Assembly (NCBI GenBank): GCA_902491395.1
Contig: CABUHO010000004.1
Location: 32,049 to 96,048, forward strand
From: an uncultured Collinsella sp.
GTDB taxonomy: Bacteria > Actinomycetota > Coriobacteriia > Coriobacteriales > Coriobacteriaceae
Length of the DNA stretch: 64,000 bases
Direction: 5' to 3'
A program made the position numbers and the translations under genes. The notes below the pieces were generated by a model. The model was not told the DNA's origin. It did not search any database and saw only the letters and a list, made by a program, of their open reading frames with translations. The first letter of the stretch is position 1, and each line of letters begins with the position of its first letter. Of the stretch, positions 31,237-42,283 are shown piece by piece.

Positions 31237-31950
31237 ATGGCGCAGCGCGAACAGCACGAACGAGTCAAAAAGATGGATCGCTGGGCGGGCAAACTGCTCG
31301 GTCATAAGGCAGTGGTGATGACGATACTGGTCGTCATTGCGATGGCGAGTGGACTGGCGATGGCGAACCTTGGCGGCGGTGCCGGCGGTGTGTCGTTTGA
31401 GCGCACTGATGGTTCGGGTTCGTTGGTGGATCCGGGATCCGGCGATGCCTCGAGCGGAAAGACATCCGAAGGCTCTTCGTCTAAGGCATCTGCCGCGGCA
31501 GAGGTTTATGTCGATGTCGATGGCGCCGTTGTGTCGCCCGGTGTATATCGCCTCAAAGACGGGGCGCGGGTGGCTCAGGCGATTGATGCTGCCGGCGGGC
31601 TGGCGCCCGAGGCAGACGTTACGGGGCTTAATCGTGCATCCAAGGTCGCTGATGGACAAAAAATTCACGTTCCAACGGTAGGGGAGCAGCAGGCGTCCAT
31701 TGCGGAAGCCGGTGTTGATGGTGGGGCTTCCGTATCATCGGGCGTGAGTGGCGCCACAGGCCTAGTAAACATCAATACGGCAAGCGCGGCAGAGCTGCAG
31801 ACGCTCTCGGGCATCGGCCCCTCCATGGCACAGTCGATTATCGATGAGCGGACAAAGAACGGTGCTTTTGCCTCGGTTGACGATCTGATGCGGGTGTCGG
31901 GAATCGGCGAGAAGAAGCTTGCCAAAATCAAAGATTGCATCTGCGTATGA
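31237..31950 (+). CDS. comEA: Competence DNA-binding protein ComEA
   Basis: TM anchor, SLBB segment (VDVDGAVVSPGVY) and HhH motifs (VNINTASAAELQTLSGIG). Confidence 0.95.
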   Translation: MAQREQHERVKKMDRWAGKLLGHKAVVMTILVVIAMASGLAMANLGGGAGGVSFERTDGSGSLVDPGSGDASSGKTSEGSSSKASAAAEVYVDVDGAVVSPGVYRLKDGARVAQAIDAAGGLAPEADVTGLNRASKVADGQKIHVPTVGEQQASIAEAGVDGGASVSSGVSGATGLVNINTASAAELQTLSGIGPSMAQSIIDERTKNGAFASVDDLMRVSGIGEKKLAKIKDCICV

Positions 31951-34250
31951 GTGCGACCGAGCGCGAGCACGTGATGCCTCCGCGACCCCTGATTCCGTGG
32001 ACGATGGCCCTGTGTGCCGGCCTGTGCATGAGCTGCGCCTTGGTGCTCAGCATGGCCGCTGATGCGCTGCTGACGGAGCGGGCGACGGCGGTCTGGCCGC
32101 TATGGGCCATTCCCGTTGCGGCGGCGGTATTCGTTGTGCTGGCTCAATCTTGTGCGCGGCTTGTCCCTTTGAAGCGGTGGCTGTATGCCGCGTCCGTCGG
32201 CCTCGTAGCGGGTGCGGTCGTCTCGGCGTGGTGGGCCGTGGGTGTGCTCAGTGCCGCGAAGACGCTCGACGGTCGAGCGGCAAGCAGTCTCGAGTTTGTC
32301 GTGCAGGGTGACCCATCCATAAACGACGACATGTATTTCTATACCTGCGAGGCACGCGCGGACGGCAAGAACTTGGCAACGATTCGCCTATCGTGCGACC
32401 GCGAGCTCAAGGTCGGGGCACACGTGCGTGTTATCGGTCGCGTTTCGCGTTTTGAGAACGATGCATATGGACGATCGCGCGTGCTCCGAGGCGAGGTGCG
32501 CAAGGTTAAAGCCGTTCGGATTTTATCGGTCGATGAGGGTTCTCCGGGGCCGCTGCTTCGGCTGCGAAATGGGCTGCTTGCATCCATCGCGCCTGCGACC
32601 GACCCGGCGCGTGCGCTCATAGCCGGTGTCGTCTGCGGTCGTTCGGCCGAGCTGCGCGCCCAGCCGGCGGGCGACTGGTTTTCGGTGACGGGAACGGCGC
32701 ATCTTATCGCCGTCTCGGGCAGCCATTTGGCTATCGTGGGGTTTGTAATCGAGGGTGTATTGCAAAAGACTCGGTGCTCACGTGGTCTTCAGCGGGCGAT
32801 ATTGGCGATAACGCTTGTGGGCTATGCTGCCTTTACGGGCGCGTCTCCCTCGGCCGTGCGTGCATGCTGCATGGTGTTCGCGACGCTTGTCGTAAACGGC
32901 GCGGGGCGTCGTCGGCACGGCCTTTCGGCACTCTTCGTAACCATGTCCATCTTTGTGCTACTGCGGCCGACGGTGCTGTTCGAGATGGGCTTTCAGCTTT
33001 CATGCGCCAGCGTCTTAGCCATTCTGTGCTTTTGCCCCTATGTGACCTACGCTTTGGGTGAGCTGGGTGTGCCATCGGGCGTTGCCAGCATGCTTTCCGT
33101 CACGCTGTGCTCGCAACTGGCGACACTTCCCATTACCATTCCTGCCTTCGGTACGTTCTCGCTCATTGCTCCGCTGGCAAATGCGGTCATCGGTCCGGTG
33201 GTGAGCGTACTGCTCGCTGTGTCGATCGTGCTAGTTCCCTTTTCGCTCGTGGGACCGTTGCGGACTTGGGCGCTCGTTGTGCCCATGATTGCCGCCCGTT
33301 GCGCGCTGTTCTTCGAGCAGCTGTTTGCCGCCATGCCGGGTGCATCCGTGAGCGTGCCGCCCGATAGCATGTGGATTTACCTAGTGCCGTGTCTGCTGGC
33401 GGTTCTGCTGGTCTGGTGGCCTCGTCCCCGTGCACGTCCTATGGCGGTGGGGCTTGCATGTCTGGTGCTCTTGGCTGCGATTCCGTACGTCTATTGGGAT
33501 CGATTCGCTCCTCCTTCGGTGACGGTGCTCGATGTGGGCCAGGCCGATTCGATTCTTATCCGCCAGGGCGGCGCAGTAGCGCTTGTCGACTGTGGGCTCG
33601 ACGAGCGTGTGGTGGCGGCGTTGGTTCGCAATAACGTGCACCATATCGATGCCGTCTTTGTGACGCATTGGGATGAGGACCACTGGGGTGGTCTGCCCGC
33701 CGTGCTCGAACAGTTTTCGGTCGGAACGATTGCCGTGGCGGCGGATGCGCTGGAGGATGCTCCTGCCGAGGTATTGAACCGACCTGGCGTGGAGTATCGG
33801 CAGGTACGCCGTGGGGATACGGTCGACATCGGATCATTTTGCGCCCGCGTGATGTGGCCATTCGAGTCCGTGGATGGCGAGGGAAATGAGGATTCGCTTG
33901 TCCTGCTGCTCTCCTATGTTCAGGAGGGCAAGGGCCTGCGCATGCTCCTCACCGGTGATGCCGAACTCGATCAAGAACGGGAATTCGTGCAGGAGGTGGG
34001 GGATATCGATGTCCTTAAACTTGGGCATCACGGCTCCAAGGTTTCAGTCGATGGAGAGTTGCTGGGCGTCCTGAAGCCCGAGCTTTCCCTCGCGAGCGCG
34101 GGCGAGGGGAATCGATACGGCCATCCGTCCGATGCCTGCATCGATGCCGTTAAGGAAGCGGGTGGTGTGTTCGCGTGCACCATCGAACACGGCGACATTA
34201 CCGTCACGCCGACTGCGAATGGCTTTGCGATGCGATGCCAGCGACCGTGA
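31947..34250 (+). CDS. comEC: DNA uptake channel ComEC/Rec2
   Basis: GTAHLIAVSGSHL, GFQLS, and metallo-beta-lactamase domain (LDVGQAD, THWDEDH, GHHGS, YGHPS). Confidence 0.95.
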   Translation: MSATEREHVMPPRPLIPWTMALCAGLCMSCALVLSMAADALLTERATAVWPLWAIPVAAAVFVVLAQSCARLVPLKRWLYAASVGLVAGAVVSAWWAVGVLSAAKTLDGRAASSLEFVVQGDPSINDDMYFYTCEARADGKNLATIRLSCDRELKVGAHVRVIGRVSRFENDAYGRSRVLRGEVRKVKAVRILSVDEGSPGPLLRLRNGLLASIAPATDPARALIAGVVCGRSAELRAQPAGDWFSVTGTAHLIAVSGSHLAIVGFVIEGVLQKTRCSRGLQRAILAITLVGYAAFTGASPSAVRACCMVFATLVVNGAGRRRHGLSALFVTMSIFVLLRPTVLFEMGFQLSCASVLAILCFCPYVTYALGELGVPSGVASMLSVTLCSQLATLPITIPAFGTFSLIAPLANAVIGPVVSVLLAVSIVLVPFSLVGPLRTWALVVPMIAARCALFFEQLFAAMPGASVSVPPDSMWIYLVPCLLAVLLVWWPRPRARPMAVGLACLVLLAAIPYVYWDRFAPPSVTVLDVGQADSILIRQGGAVALVDCGLDERVVAALVRNNVHHIDAVFVTHWDEDHWGGLPAVLEQFSVGTIAVAADALEDAPAEVLNRPGVEYRQVRRGDTVDIGSFCARVMWPFESVDGEGNEDSLVLLLSYVQEGKGLRMLLTGDAELDQEREFVQEVGDIDVLKLGHHGSKVSVDGELLGVLKPELSLASAGEGNRYGHPSDACIDAVKEAGGVFACTIEHGDITVTPTANGFAMRCQRP

Positions 34251-34328
34251 CGACGTCGTTGGCGTGTGGTGGGCCCCTGGGCTAGAATGGCACGGAACGA
34301 ATACGAAGGCCTGCGGGAGGGGAGCGCA

Positions 34329-35291
34329 ATGTCCGAAACCGGTTTGCTGCCGGCATATCTGATCGTCGGTACCGACGGCGTCAAACGCGACCACGCCGTC
34401 TCGCGTATGAAAGCGCGTCTGGAAAAGACGGGCATGGTCGAGTTCAACCTCGACGAGCGCGACATGACCAAGGACCCCGATGTCGAGTCTATTATCGGAT
34501 CGCTTAACACCTTTCCCATGGGCAGCGAGTTTCGCTTGGTAATCCTTGATGGCTGCTCAAAGCTCGCTAAGGCGGTCTCGGAGCCGCTCGTCGAGTATCT
34601 GGCGAGTCCCAGTCCCACAACGGTCTGCCTCATCATCGCCGACTCACTTGCCAAGAATACGCGCCTGTATAAGGCAATCGCCAAGATCGACAAGAAGGCT
34701 ATCGTCGATTGCTCGGGTACCAAGCGCTGGGAACTGCCGCGCCGTGTTCAGCAGATGGCGACGCAGCGCGGTAAGTCGATTTCGACGGCGGCCGCCGAGG
34801 AGCTCGTCTCGCGTTCGGGCGAAAACACTCGCATGCTCGATAACGATTTGGCTAAGCTTGCCCAGATGGTCGAGGCGCCCCAGATTGAACTTGCCGATGT
34901 TGAGCGCTGGATCGTACGTACGGCCGAGGTTCAACCCTGGGACTTTCTCAATGCGGTCTCGGCTCGCGATATGCAGCGTTCGCTCGAGCTCTTTAAGCTT
35001 CTGCCCTCCAAGAGCTACGTGTGGACCTATACGCTGCTATGCGGTCGCATCCGTGAGCTGATCGTCGCCAAGGCGCTCGATGCGCGCGGACAGGGTCGTG
35101 AGCTGGCCGCAACGCTCAAGCTCCAGTCCTGGCAGGTCAAGAATCACCTGACCTGGGCACGTCGCTTTTCGATGGCAGAGCTCGTCGCAGCGCTCGAGGG
35201 TGCGGTCGATGTGGAACTCGCACTCAAGGGTTCGGCCGATTCTCAGACCGCGCTTTTGCTCTGGATTACGAACATCTTGAGAAAATCGTGA
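34329..35291 (+). CDS. holA: DNA polymerase III delta subunit
   Basis: YLIVG N-terminus and TFPMGSEFRLVIL; conserved comEC-holA-rpsT context. Confidence 0.9.
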   Translation: MSETGLLPAYLIVGTDGVKRDHAVSRMKARLEKTGMVEFNLDERDMTKDPDVESIIGSLNTFPMGSEFRLVILDGCSKLAKAVSEPLVEYLASPSPTTVCLIIADSLAKNTRLYKAIAKIDKKAIVDCSGTKRWELPRRVQQMATQRGKSISTAAAEELVSRSGENTRMLDNDLAKLAQMVEAPQIELADVERWIVRTAEVQPWDFLNAVSARDMQRSLELFKLLPSKSYVWTYTLLCGRIRELIVAKALDARGQGRELAATLKLQSWQVKNHLTWARRFSMAELVAALEGAVDVELALKGSADSQTALLLWITNILRKS

Positions 35292-35424
35292 TGATACCTG
35301 CCTATTTGACAAATTCGTTCTATCCCTTTGAGGGGGAGCGTGCTATAGTAGGCGCTTGCATGACCTCACCGTGTCTCAGAGGTGTCATACATTTTTTGCA
35401 AGGAACTCGAAAGGAACTCCAGAA

Positions 35425-35691
35425 GTGGCAAACATCAAGTCTCAGAAGAAGCGTATCCGCACCAATGAGGCAGCTCGCATGCGTAACAAGGCTGTCAAGT
35501 CCGAGCTCAAGACGCTGACCAAGCACGTCCAGTCCGCCGTCGCCGAGGGCGACGCCGAGAAGGCCCAGGCTGCCCTCAAGACCGTCACCAAGCGTCTCGA
35601 CATGGCTGCCGCCAAGCATGTTATCCACAAGAACCAGGCTTCCAACCGCAAGTCCGGTCTTGCCAAGCTCGTGAACAGCATCAACGCCTAA
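35425..35691 (+). CDS. rpsT: 30S ribosomal protein S20
   Basis: [34 protein letters not shown] start. Confidence 0.98.
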   Translation: MANIKSQKKRIRTNEAARMRNKAVKSELKTLTKHVQSAVAEGDAEKAQAALKTVTKRLDMAAAKHVIHKNQASNRKSGLAKLVNSINA

Positions 35692-35725
35692 GTTGTAAAT
35701 TTCACACCACACAGATTACGCGCAT

Positions 35726-35762
35726 AAATGGAGCCTGTTTTATGGAACAGGCTCCATTTTTT
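35726..35762 (+). terminator. rpsT terminator
   Basis: aaatggagcctgtt / aacaggctccattt stem followed by a T tract. Confidence 0.85.
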
Positions 35763-35787
35763 GTACCGCTCGGGTAAGATAGTCCGC

Positions 35788-37599
35788 ATGAATACTTCAA
35801 TTGACATTTCCCACATCCGCAACTTCTCGATCGTTGCGCACATCGACCATGGCAAGTCCACGATCAGCGACCGCATCCTCGAGCTCACCCATACCGTCGA
35901 CGAGCGCGACATGGAGTCGCAGCTGCTCGACACCATGGATATCGAGCGCGAGCGCGGCATTACGATCAAGTCCAATGCCGTCCGCGTTTCCTATGACGCC
36001 GACGATGGTGAGACGTATCAGTTCAATCTGATCGATACGCCGGGCCACGTGGACTTTACCTATGAGGTCTCGCGCTCGCTGGCAGCCTGTGAGGGCGCGG
36101 TACTCGTCGTCGACGCCACGCAGGGCGTCGAGGCGCAGACCGTTTCCAACGCGACGCTCGCCATGAACGCCAATCTGGACATTGTGCCGGCCATCAACAA
36201 GATCGACCTGCCCTCGGCCCATCCCGATGAGGTTAAGACCGAGATCGAGGATGACCTGGCGATCCCTGCCGATGATGCCGTGTGCGTCTCGGGCAAGACC
36301 GGCGAGGGCATCCACGATCTGCTGGAGTCCATCGTCTTTTTGATTTCGCCGCCTAAGGGCGATGCAAACGCTCCGCTCAAAGCGCTCATTTTGGATTCGT
36401 ACTTTGACGAGTATCGCGGTGTGGTGGCTACGGTGCGCGTCTTCGATGGTTCCATCAAAAAGGGCGATACCCTGCTTATGATGCAGGCCAAGGGCGACTT
36501 TTTGGTCGACGGCGTGGGCGTCAAGCGTCCCGCCGAGACGCCGGTCGACGCGCTGACCGTTGGCGAGGTGGGCTACGTGGTCACGGGCCTGAAGGACCCC
36601 GAGGCCGTGCGCGTGGGCGATACCCTCACGTGGGCCTCGAACCCCTGCCCCGAGCCGCTTCCGGGCTACCGCGAGGCCAAGCCCATGGTCTACACGGGCC
36701 TGTTCCCGATCGAAAACAAGGACTACGAGAATCTGCGCGACGCCCTCGATAAGCTGCACGTCAACGACCCGTCGTTGGTGTGGGAGCCCGAGACCTCGGT
36801 GGCGCTCGGCTTTGGCTTCCGCGTGGGCTTCCTGGGCCTGCTGCACATGGAAGTCGTCAAGGAACGCCTGGAGCGCGAGTTCAACCTGGACCTCATTGCC
36901 ACGAGTCCCTCGGTTGACTATCACGTCTACAAGACCGACGGCGGAATGATCGATGTCCGCAGTCCGCAGGACCTTCCTGAGGCCACGCGCATCGAACGTA
37001 TCGAGGAACCCTACCTCAAGGCAAAGATCATCTGCCCGCCTGAGTACACGGGTGCCGTCATGCAGCTCGCCATCGAGCACCGCGGCGTCACGACCGACAT
37101 GATCCACCTGACGAGCAAATCGGTCGAGATGCGCTTTGATATGCCGCTCGCCGAGCTCATCTTGGACTTCTTCGATCAGCTCAAGAGCCGTACCAAGGGC
37201 TATGCCTCGCTCGACTATGAGTTCAACGAGTACCGTCCCTCCGAGCTCGTTAAGCTCGATATATTGCTTTCGGGCGACGAGGTGGACGCGCTGTCGTTTA
37301 TCGTGCACAAGGATAAGGCTTATGGCCTGGCCCGTGGCCTGTGCGACAAGCTCAAGGAGATCATCCCGCGTCAGCTGTTCGAGGTTCCTATCCAGGGTGC
37401 TATCGGCAACAAGATCATCGCCCGTTCCACCGTCAAGGCGCGTCGTAAGGACGTTCTTGCCAAGTGCTACGGCGGCGATATCTCGCGTAAGCGCAAGCTG
37501 CTCGAGAAGCAGAAAGAGGGCAAGAAGCGCATGAAGGCCATCGGCTCGGTCGAGGTCCCGCAGGAGGCGTTTATGGCGATCCTCAAGGTGGACGAGTAG
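35788..37599 (+). CDS. lepA: Elongation factor 4
   Basis: [23 protein letters not shown] and [21 protein letters not shown] motifs. Confidence 0.99.
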   Translation: MNTSIDISHIRNFSIVAHIDHGKSTISDRILELTHTVDERDMESQLLDTMDIERERGITIKSNAVRVSYDADDGETYQFNLIDTPGHVDFTYEVSRSLAACEGAVLVVDATQGVEAQTVSNATLAMNANLDIVPAINKIDLPSAHPDEVKTEIEDDLAIPADDAVCVSGKTGEGIHDLLESIVFLISPPKGDANAPLKALILDSYFDEYRGVVATVRVFDGSIKKGDTLLMMQAKGDFLVDGVGVKRPAETPVDALTVGEVGYVVTGLKDPEAVRVGDTLTWASNPCPEPLPGYREAKPMVYTGLFPIENKDYENLRDALDKLHVNDPSLVWEPETSVALGFGFRVGFLGLLHMEVVKERLEREFNLDLIATSPSVDYHVYKTDGGMIDVRSPQDLPEATRIERIEEPYLKAKIICPPEYTGAVMQLAIEHRGVTTDMIHLTSKSVEMRFDMPLAELILDFFDQLKSRTKGYASLDYEFNEYRPSELVKLDILLSGDEVDALSFIVHKDKAYGLARGLCDKLKEIIPRQLFEVPIQGAIGNKIIARSTVKARRKDVLAKCYGGDISRKRKLLEKQKEGKKRMKAIGSVEVPQEAFMAILKVDE

Positions 37600-37603
37600 G
37601 TCC

Positions 37604-38647
37604 ATGGCGCTTTCTGAATACAGCAAGCGGCTGCTGGGTGCCTATGCCGAGCAGCCGTTCCTTATGGCTCCCATGGCGGGCGTGACCGACCCCGCCTATC
37701 GCATCATGTGTCGCCGCCGCGGTGCCAACCTTGCCTACAGCGAGATGGTGAGCGTGGCGGGTCTTGCCTATGCCAGCAACAAGACCTGGCGCCTGGTGCT
37801 ACCGGCCGACGAGGAGCAGCAGGTTTGCGTGCAGCTCTTTGGCTCCAAACCTGATCAGTTTGCGAGCGCCGTGGCCGCCGTCGAGGAGCGCGTTGGCGAT
37901 CGCCTGTCGCTCATCGATATCAATATGGCATGCCCCGCCCGCAAGGTTGTTACCAAGGGCGAGGGTTCGGCGCTCATGCGCACGCCCGACCTGGCGGAGA
38001 AGATCGTCGAGGCCACGGTGGGCGCGGCGCATGTGCCCGTGACCGTCAAGATCCGCAAGGGCTTTTATGCCGAGGACCGCAATGCCGCGACGTTTGCCCA
38101 GATGCTTGAGGGCGCAGGGGCTGCCGCAGTCGCCGTGCATGGTCGTTGCGCCACGCAGCTCTACACGGGCCAGGCTGATTGGTCGGTCGTCGATGAGGTT
38201 GCCGATGCTGTCGAGATTCCCGTGATTGGTTCGGGCGATGTGTTCTCGGCCGAGGACGCTGCTGAGCATCTGCACGGCTCGGGTGCCAGCGCGGTGTTTA
38301 TCGCGCGCGGCATCTACGGCAATCCGTGGGTGTTCGGCGATGCCCGAGCCCTTGCACTCGATGGCACGCCGGTTCCTTCTCGCTCCTCGGTCGAGCGCCT
38401 GGAGGCTCTGCGCGAGCACCTGACGTTGACGCACGAGCTTCTGCCGCTCATGTCGCGTGCCCGCACGTACGCAAGTTGGTACTTAAAGGGCATGCCTCAT
38501 GCCGCCGCCTGGCGCGCTCAGGTGGTGCGTTGCTCTACGTACGAGGAGTTTATGGCGCTGGTCGATGATATCGAGCGCGATGTGGTGGCCTGCGAGGCCG
38601 CGCTTGCCGCCGGTGAGTCGGTGCCCGCTCATCCGCTGGAGGCCTAA
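37604..38647 (+). CDS. dusB: tRNA dihydrouridine synthase
   Basis: APMAGVTD, DINMACP, VTVKIRKG and VHGR motifs. Confidence 0.92.
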   Translation: MALSEYSKRLLGAYAEQPFLMAPMAGVTDPAYRIMCRRRGANLAYSEMVSVAGLAYASNKTWRLVLPADEEQQVCVQLFGSKPDQFASAVAAVEERVGDRLSLIDINMACPARKVVTKGEGSALMRTPDLAEKIVEATVGAAHVPVTVKIRKGFYAEDRNAATFAQMLEGAGAAAVAVHGRCATQLYTGQADWSVVDEVADAVEIPVIGSGDVFSAEDAAEHLHGSGASAVFIARGIYGNPWVFGDARALALDGTPVPSRSSVERLEALREHLTLTHELLPLMSRARTYASWYLKGMPHAAAWRAQVVRCSTYEEFMALVDDIERDVVACEAALAAGESVPAHPLEA

Positions 38648-38649
38648 GG

Positions 38650-39882
38650 GTGGCCGTTACCGCGCTGTACGTGCACGTGCCGTTTTGCGCCCAAAAGTGC
38701 CGGTACTGCGACTTTGACTCGCGCAGTTTTGCTCCGTGCGACCTGAGCGCTGTGCTCGATGCCTATTTTGAGCAGCTGTATGCGCGCCTCGATTCCTTTG
38801 GCGACGCCGGGGCGCTTGCGCAGGTCCGGACGGTCTATATTGGCGGCGGCACGCCATCGCTGGCGGGGGAGCGTCTGGTAGAACTTGCCCGCCGTATCTC
38901 CATGTGGTGCAAGCCCGTTGAGTTTACTTGCGAAGCCAATCCTGAGTCGTTGACCGCTGAGCTCGCCACCGCGCTTGCCGAGGCGGGCGTCACGCGCATC
39001 TCTCTTGGCGTGCAAACCCTCGAAAATACCGAGCTGGCTGCTATTGGCCGCATTCACGATGCTAATCGGGCACTTGCGGCTATCGCGACGGTGAAGGACG
39101 CTGGCCTCGATGTGTCGTGCGACCTGATGTGCGGCCTTCCCGGGCAGACGGCCGCAAGCTGGCGGAGCACGCTCGATGGCGTGCTGGCGGCGGCGCCGCA
39201 TCATGTATCGGTGTACCCGCTCACTCTCGAGGAGGGCACACCACTCTATCGCATGGCGTGCCGTGACGAGTCTCTCGAGCCCGACGAGGATTTTCAGGCT
39301 TCGTGCATGGACGCGGCGCGTGAGCGCCTGGGTGCGGCCGGCTATCATCCGTATGAGGTGGCAAGCTACGCGCTCGACGGCCATGAGTGCGCCCATAACA
39401 TTGCCTACTGGACCGGACGGGGCTACCTGGGCCTGGGTCGTTCTGCCGCGGGCATGCTCGATGACGAGGATTTCGACCGTCTTGCAGGTTTGTTCCCCGG
39501 CGTGTCTTCTCGAGGCGATGCGTACCGCGTGCGTCTGGTGCAACGTGACGATGACGCGACGGCGTTCGAGGCCGAATATCTGTCGCAGCGCGAGGCAGCG
39601 GCAGAGGACCTGATGCTCGCCTGTCGCATGACGCGCGGTGTTGCGTCCGACCTGTTGGCTCGTGCAGCTTGCGTCATCCCAACGGGCGAGCTGGCAGCTG
39701 CCTGCGATCGCGCGCTCGAATTGGGTCTTGCCACTTGGGTGCCCGAGACGCTCTGGGGTCATGAGGGACCCTTCACTTCGGCAGATGTCGTCGCGGGCCA
39801 TGTTCGAGCTCGTCTGGCGCCGACCCATCTGGGCTGGCTCGATGGAAATGTTCTGTTCGAGCTGTTTTGGGATCTAGCTTAG
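38650..39882 (+). CDS. hemW: Radical SAM heme chaperone HemW (HemN-like)
   Basis: YVHVPFCAQKCRYCDF, GGGTPS and HNIAYW motifs; lepA-linked. Confidence 0.9.
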   Translation: MAVTALYVHVPFCAQKCRYCDFDSRSFAPCDLSAVLDAYFEQLYARLDSFGDAGALAQVRTVYIGGGTPSLAGERLVELARRISMWCKPVEFTCEANPESLTAELATALAEAGVTRISLGVQTLENTELAAIGRIHDANRALAAIATVKDAGLDVSCDLMCGLPGQTAASWRSTLDGVLAAAPHHVSVYPLTLEEGTPLYRMACRDESLEPDEDFQASCMDAARERLGAAGYHPYEVASYALDGHECAHNIAYWTGRGYLGLGRSAAGMLDDEDFDRLAGLFPGVSSRGDAYRVRLVQRDDDATAFEAEYLSQREAAAEDLMLACRMTRGVASDLLARAACVIPTGELAAACDRALELGLATWVPETLWGHEGPFTSADVVAGHVRARLAPTHLGWLDGNVLFELFWDLA

Positions 39883-39940
39883 GCCGCTCGGGTAGAATTA
39901 CCGGAATATATACGCTGCTGTGAGCAGGAGGTTGCCGCGC

Positions 39941-41044
39941 ATGGCGACGATGAACGAAAAAGATTACTACGAGATTCTGGGTGTCTCCAAGGACGCCACC
40001 TCGCGTGATATTCAAAAGGCCTTCCAGCAAAAGGCCCGTAAGCTCCATCCGGACGTCAATAAAGAGCCGGATGCCGAGGAAAAGTTTAAAGAGGTTTCCG
40101 AGGCCTACGCCGTGCTTTCGGATGAGCAAAAACGTGCGCGCTACGACGCCATGCGTTCTGGCAATCCCTTTGCCGGTGCTCCTACGGCTTCGCCCTATGG
40201 TGGCGGCTACGCCGGCAGCACGGGCTATGGCAATCCCTTTGAGGGCGGCTTTCCCTTTGGTGGCGCCTGGGGCCAGCAGCGTCGCGGCCAGGCTGCCTAC
40301 AATCCCGAGAACGGCGCCAACGTGGTCGTCGATATCAAACTCGACGCCAAGGAGGCCAAGGGCGGTGCCCACAAGACCGTTCGCTACACGCGCTTCGATA
40401 CCTGTGGTCACTGCGGCGGCTCGGGTTCTGTCTCCTCCGAGCATGCCCATGCCTGCCCAAGCTGTGGCGGCCGCGGCCACATCGACGTCGACCTGTCCTT
40501 CCTGTTTGGTGCGGGCACGTTCCAGTCGGTCTGCCCCGAGTGCGGCGGTTCCGGTAAGGTCGTGGCCGACCCCTGCCCCGATTGCGGTGGCAGCGGGCGA
40601 ACCCGTGTGACCTCCGAGCAGGCGATTGAGTTTCCTGCCGGCACGCACGATGGCGACGAGGTCCGCATTAGCGGCATGGGCCATGCTGGCACTAACGGTG
40701 CCGCGGGCGGCGACCTGGTCGGCCGCGCCCATGTTGAGGCCGAGCGCTTGGAAGGCAAAGCTCGTACTGGCTTTTACCTGATGGGCATTGTGGCGCCGTT
40801 TTTGGTGCTGTCGGCCATCTCGGGCGTGTTCTCGGCCTTTGCCGTGATGTGCTTTATTCCATTTACCATGGGCCTGTTCATGGTGCTTTCGGACGGTGTG
40901 CTTCATCGCAGCCTGCTGTGGTGGAAGCGCGGTGCGATGCAGTTTGCCAACGGTTTTGCCAACGGCTTCATGTTCGCGCTCGTGTCGGTTTGGTTCGCGA
41001 GCTGCTCGCAACGGGCCATGCTTTCGCCGTATCAAATGCAATAA
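39941..41044 (+). CDS. DnaJ-like co-chaperone with C-terminal transmembrane region
   Basis: J domain with HPD, G/F-rich linker, four CxxCxGxG repeats, then hydrophobic helices. Confidence 0.9.
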   Translation: MATMNEKDYYEILGVSKDATSRDIQKAFQQKARKLHPDVNKEPDAEEKFKEVSEAYAVLSDEQKRARYDAMRSGNPFAGAPTASPYGGGYAGSTGYGNPFEGGFPFGGAWGQQRRGQAAYNPENGANVVVDIKLDAKEAKGGAHKTVRYTRFDTCGHCGGSGSVSSEHAHACPSCGGRGHIDVDLSFLFGAGTFQSVCPECGGSGKVVADPCPDCGGSGRTRVTSEQAIEFPAGTHDGDEVRISGMGHAGTNGAAGGDLVGRAHVEAERLEGKARTGFYLMGIVAPFLVLSAISGVFSAFAVMCFIPFTMGLFMVLSDGVLHRSLLWWKRGAMQFANGFANGFMFALVSVWFASCSQRAMLSPYQMQ

Positions 41045-41125
41045 CATCAAACCCTCTGTTTGCGGTCGGCCCAGCTTGGGTATAGGACGCACTGTGACAA
41101 TAATGAAAGTCGGAAGGATTCGGTC

Positions 41126-42274
41126 GTGTCGGAAAATAGGGATTACTACGAGGTGCTTGGCGTCGACAGGGATGCCGACGCGCGGACGATTAAGCGTGCG
41201 TTTTTAAAGAAGGCCCGTACCGTACATCCGGATGTTTCGGACGATCCCGAGGCCGAGGCCAAGTTCAAGGAGCTCAACGAGGCCTATTCCGTTCTTTCCG
41301 ATGAGCAGAAGCGTGCTAACTACGACCGTTACGGCACTGCCGACGGTCCTGGTGGTTCGGGCTATGTCGACATCAACGATATCTTTGGTGGCATGGGCAT
41401 GGACGACCTGTTCTCGTCGTTCTTTGGCGGTGGCGCCGGTGGTGGCGCCCGCAGCCGTCGTGAGCGTCGTCGCGGACGTGACATGGCCATCTCGCTTTCG
41501 GTGACGCTCGAGGAGGCGGCACTCGGCTGCAAAAAGACGATCAGCTATGATCGCCTTGCTCCTTGCGAGGACTGCAACGGTACCGGTAGGGCCGAGGGTG
41601 CACAGGAAAAGCAGTGCAGTCGCTGCCACGGTACGGGCTACGTCACGACGGTTCAGCGATCGTTTTTGGGCCAGGTTCAGTCTTCCTCGCCTTGCCCCGA
41701 CTGCCATGGCGAGGGCACGGTTATCGACCATCCCTGCGAGACCTGCGACGGTCAGGGCCGCACGCCTTCGCACGAAAAGATCGACATCGATATTCCCGCC
41801 GGCGTTTCGACCGGTCGCCAGCTGCGTGTGAGCGGCTTTGGCGAGGCCGGCCTTCGCGGCGAGCCTTCGGGCGACTTGATTGTCAACGTGCGCGTTGCCG
41901 ACCATGAGCGCTTTAAGCGCAACGGTGACGACCTGTACCTGGTGAGCGATATCTCGATTGCGCAGGCTGCGCTCGGCTGCGAGATCGAGGTCGAGGGCAT
42001 TATGCCCGACGAGGTCGTTAAGGTGACGGTTCCCGCCGGCGCCCAGTACGGCGACACCGTGAGCGTCAATAATTACGGCATGCCGCGCATTGGCGGTGGC
42101 GGTTCGCGTGGCCGCCTGATCGTGCAACTGCGCGTGGTCGTTCCCACCAATCTTTCCAATAAGCAACGCGAGCTGCTCCGTGCTTTTGCCGATGAGATGG
42201 GCGATGACGTCGCTTCCGGTAAGAAGTCGGTGACCGACCGTATCAAGAGTGCCCTCGACGATATCCTCGATTAA
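41126..42274 (+). CDS. dnaJ: Chaperone DnaJ
   Basis: HPD J domain, G/F region, four CxxCxGxG repeats and a full C-terminal domain. Confidence 0.96.
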   Translation: MSENRDYYEVLGVDRDADARTIKRAFLKKARTVHPDVSDDPEAEAKFKELNEAYSVLSDEQKRANYDRYGTADGPGGSGYVDINDIFGGMGMDDLFSSFFGGGAGGGARSRRERRRGRDMAISLSVTLEEAALGCKKTISYDRLAPCEDCNGTGRAEGAQEKQCSRCHGTGYVTTVQRSFLGQVQSSSPCPDCHGEGTVIDHPCETCDGQGRTPSHEKIDIDIPAGVSTGRQLRVSGFGEAGLRGEPSGDLIVNVRVADHERFKRNGDDLYLVSDISIAQAALGCEIEVEGIMPDEVVKVTVPAGAQYGDTVSVNNYGMPRIGGGGSRGRLIVQLRVVVPTNLSNKQRELLRAFADEMGDDVASGKKSVTDRIKSALDDILD

Positions 42275-42283
42275 GGAGCCCGC

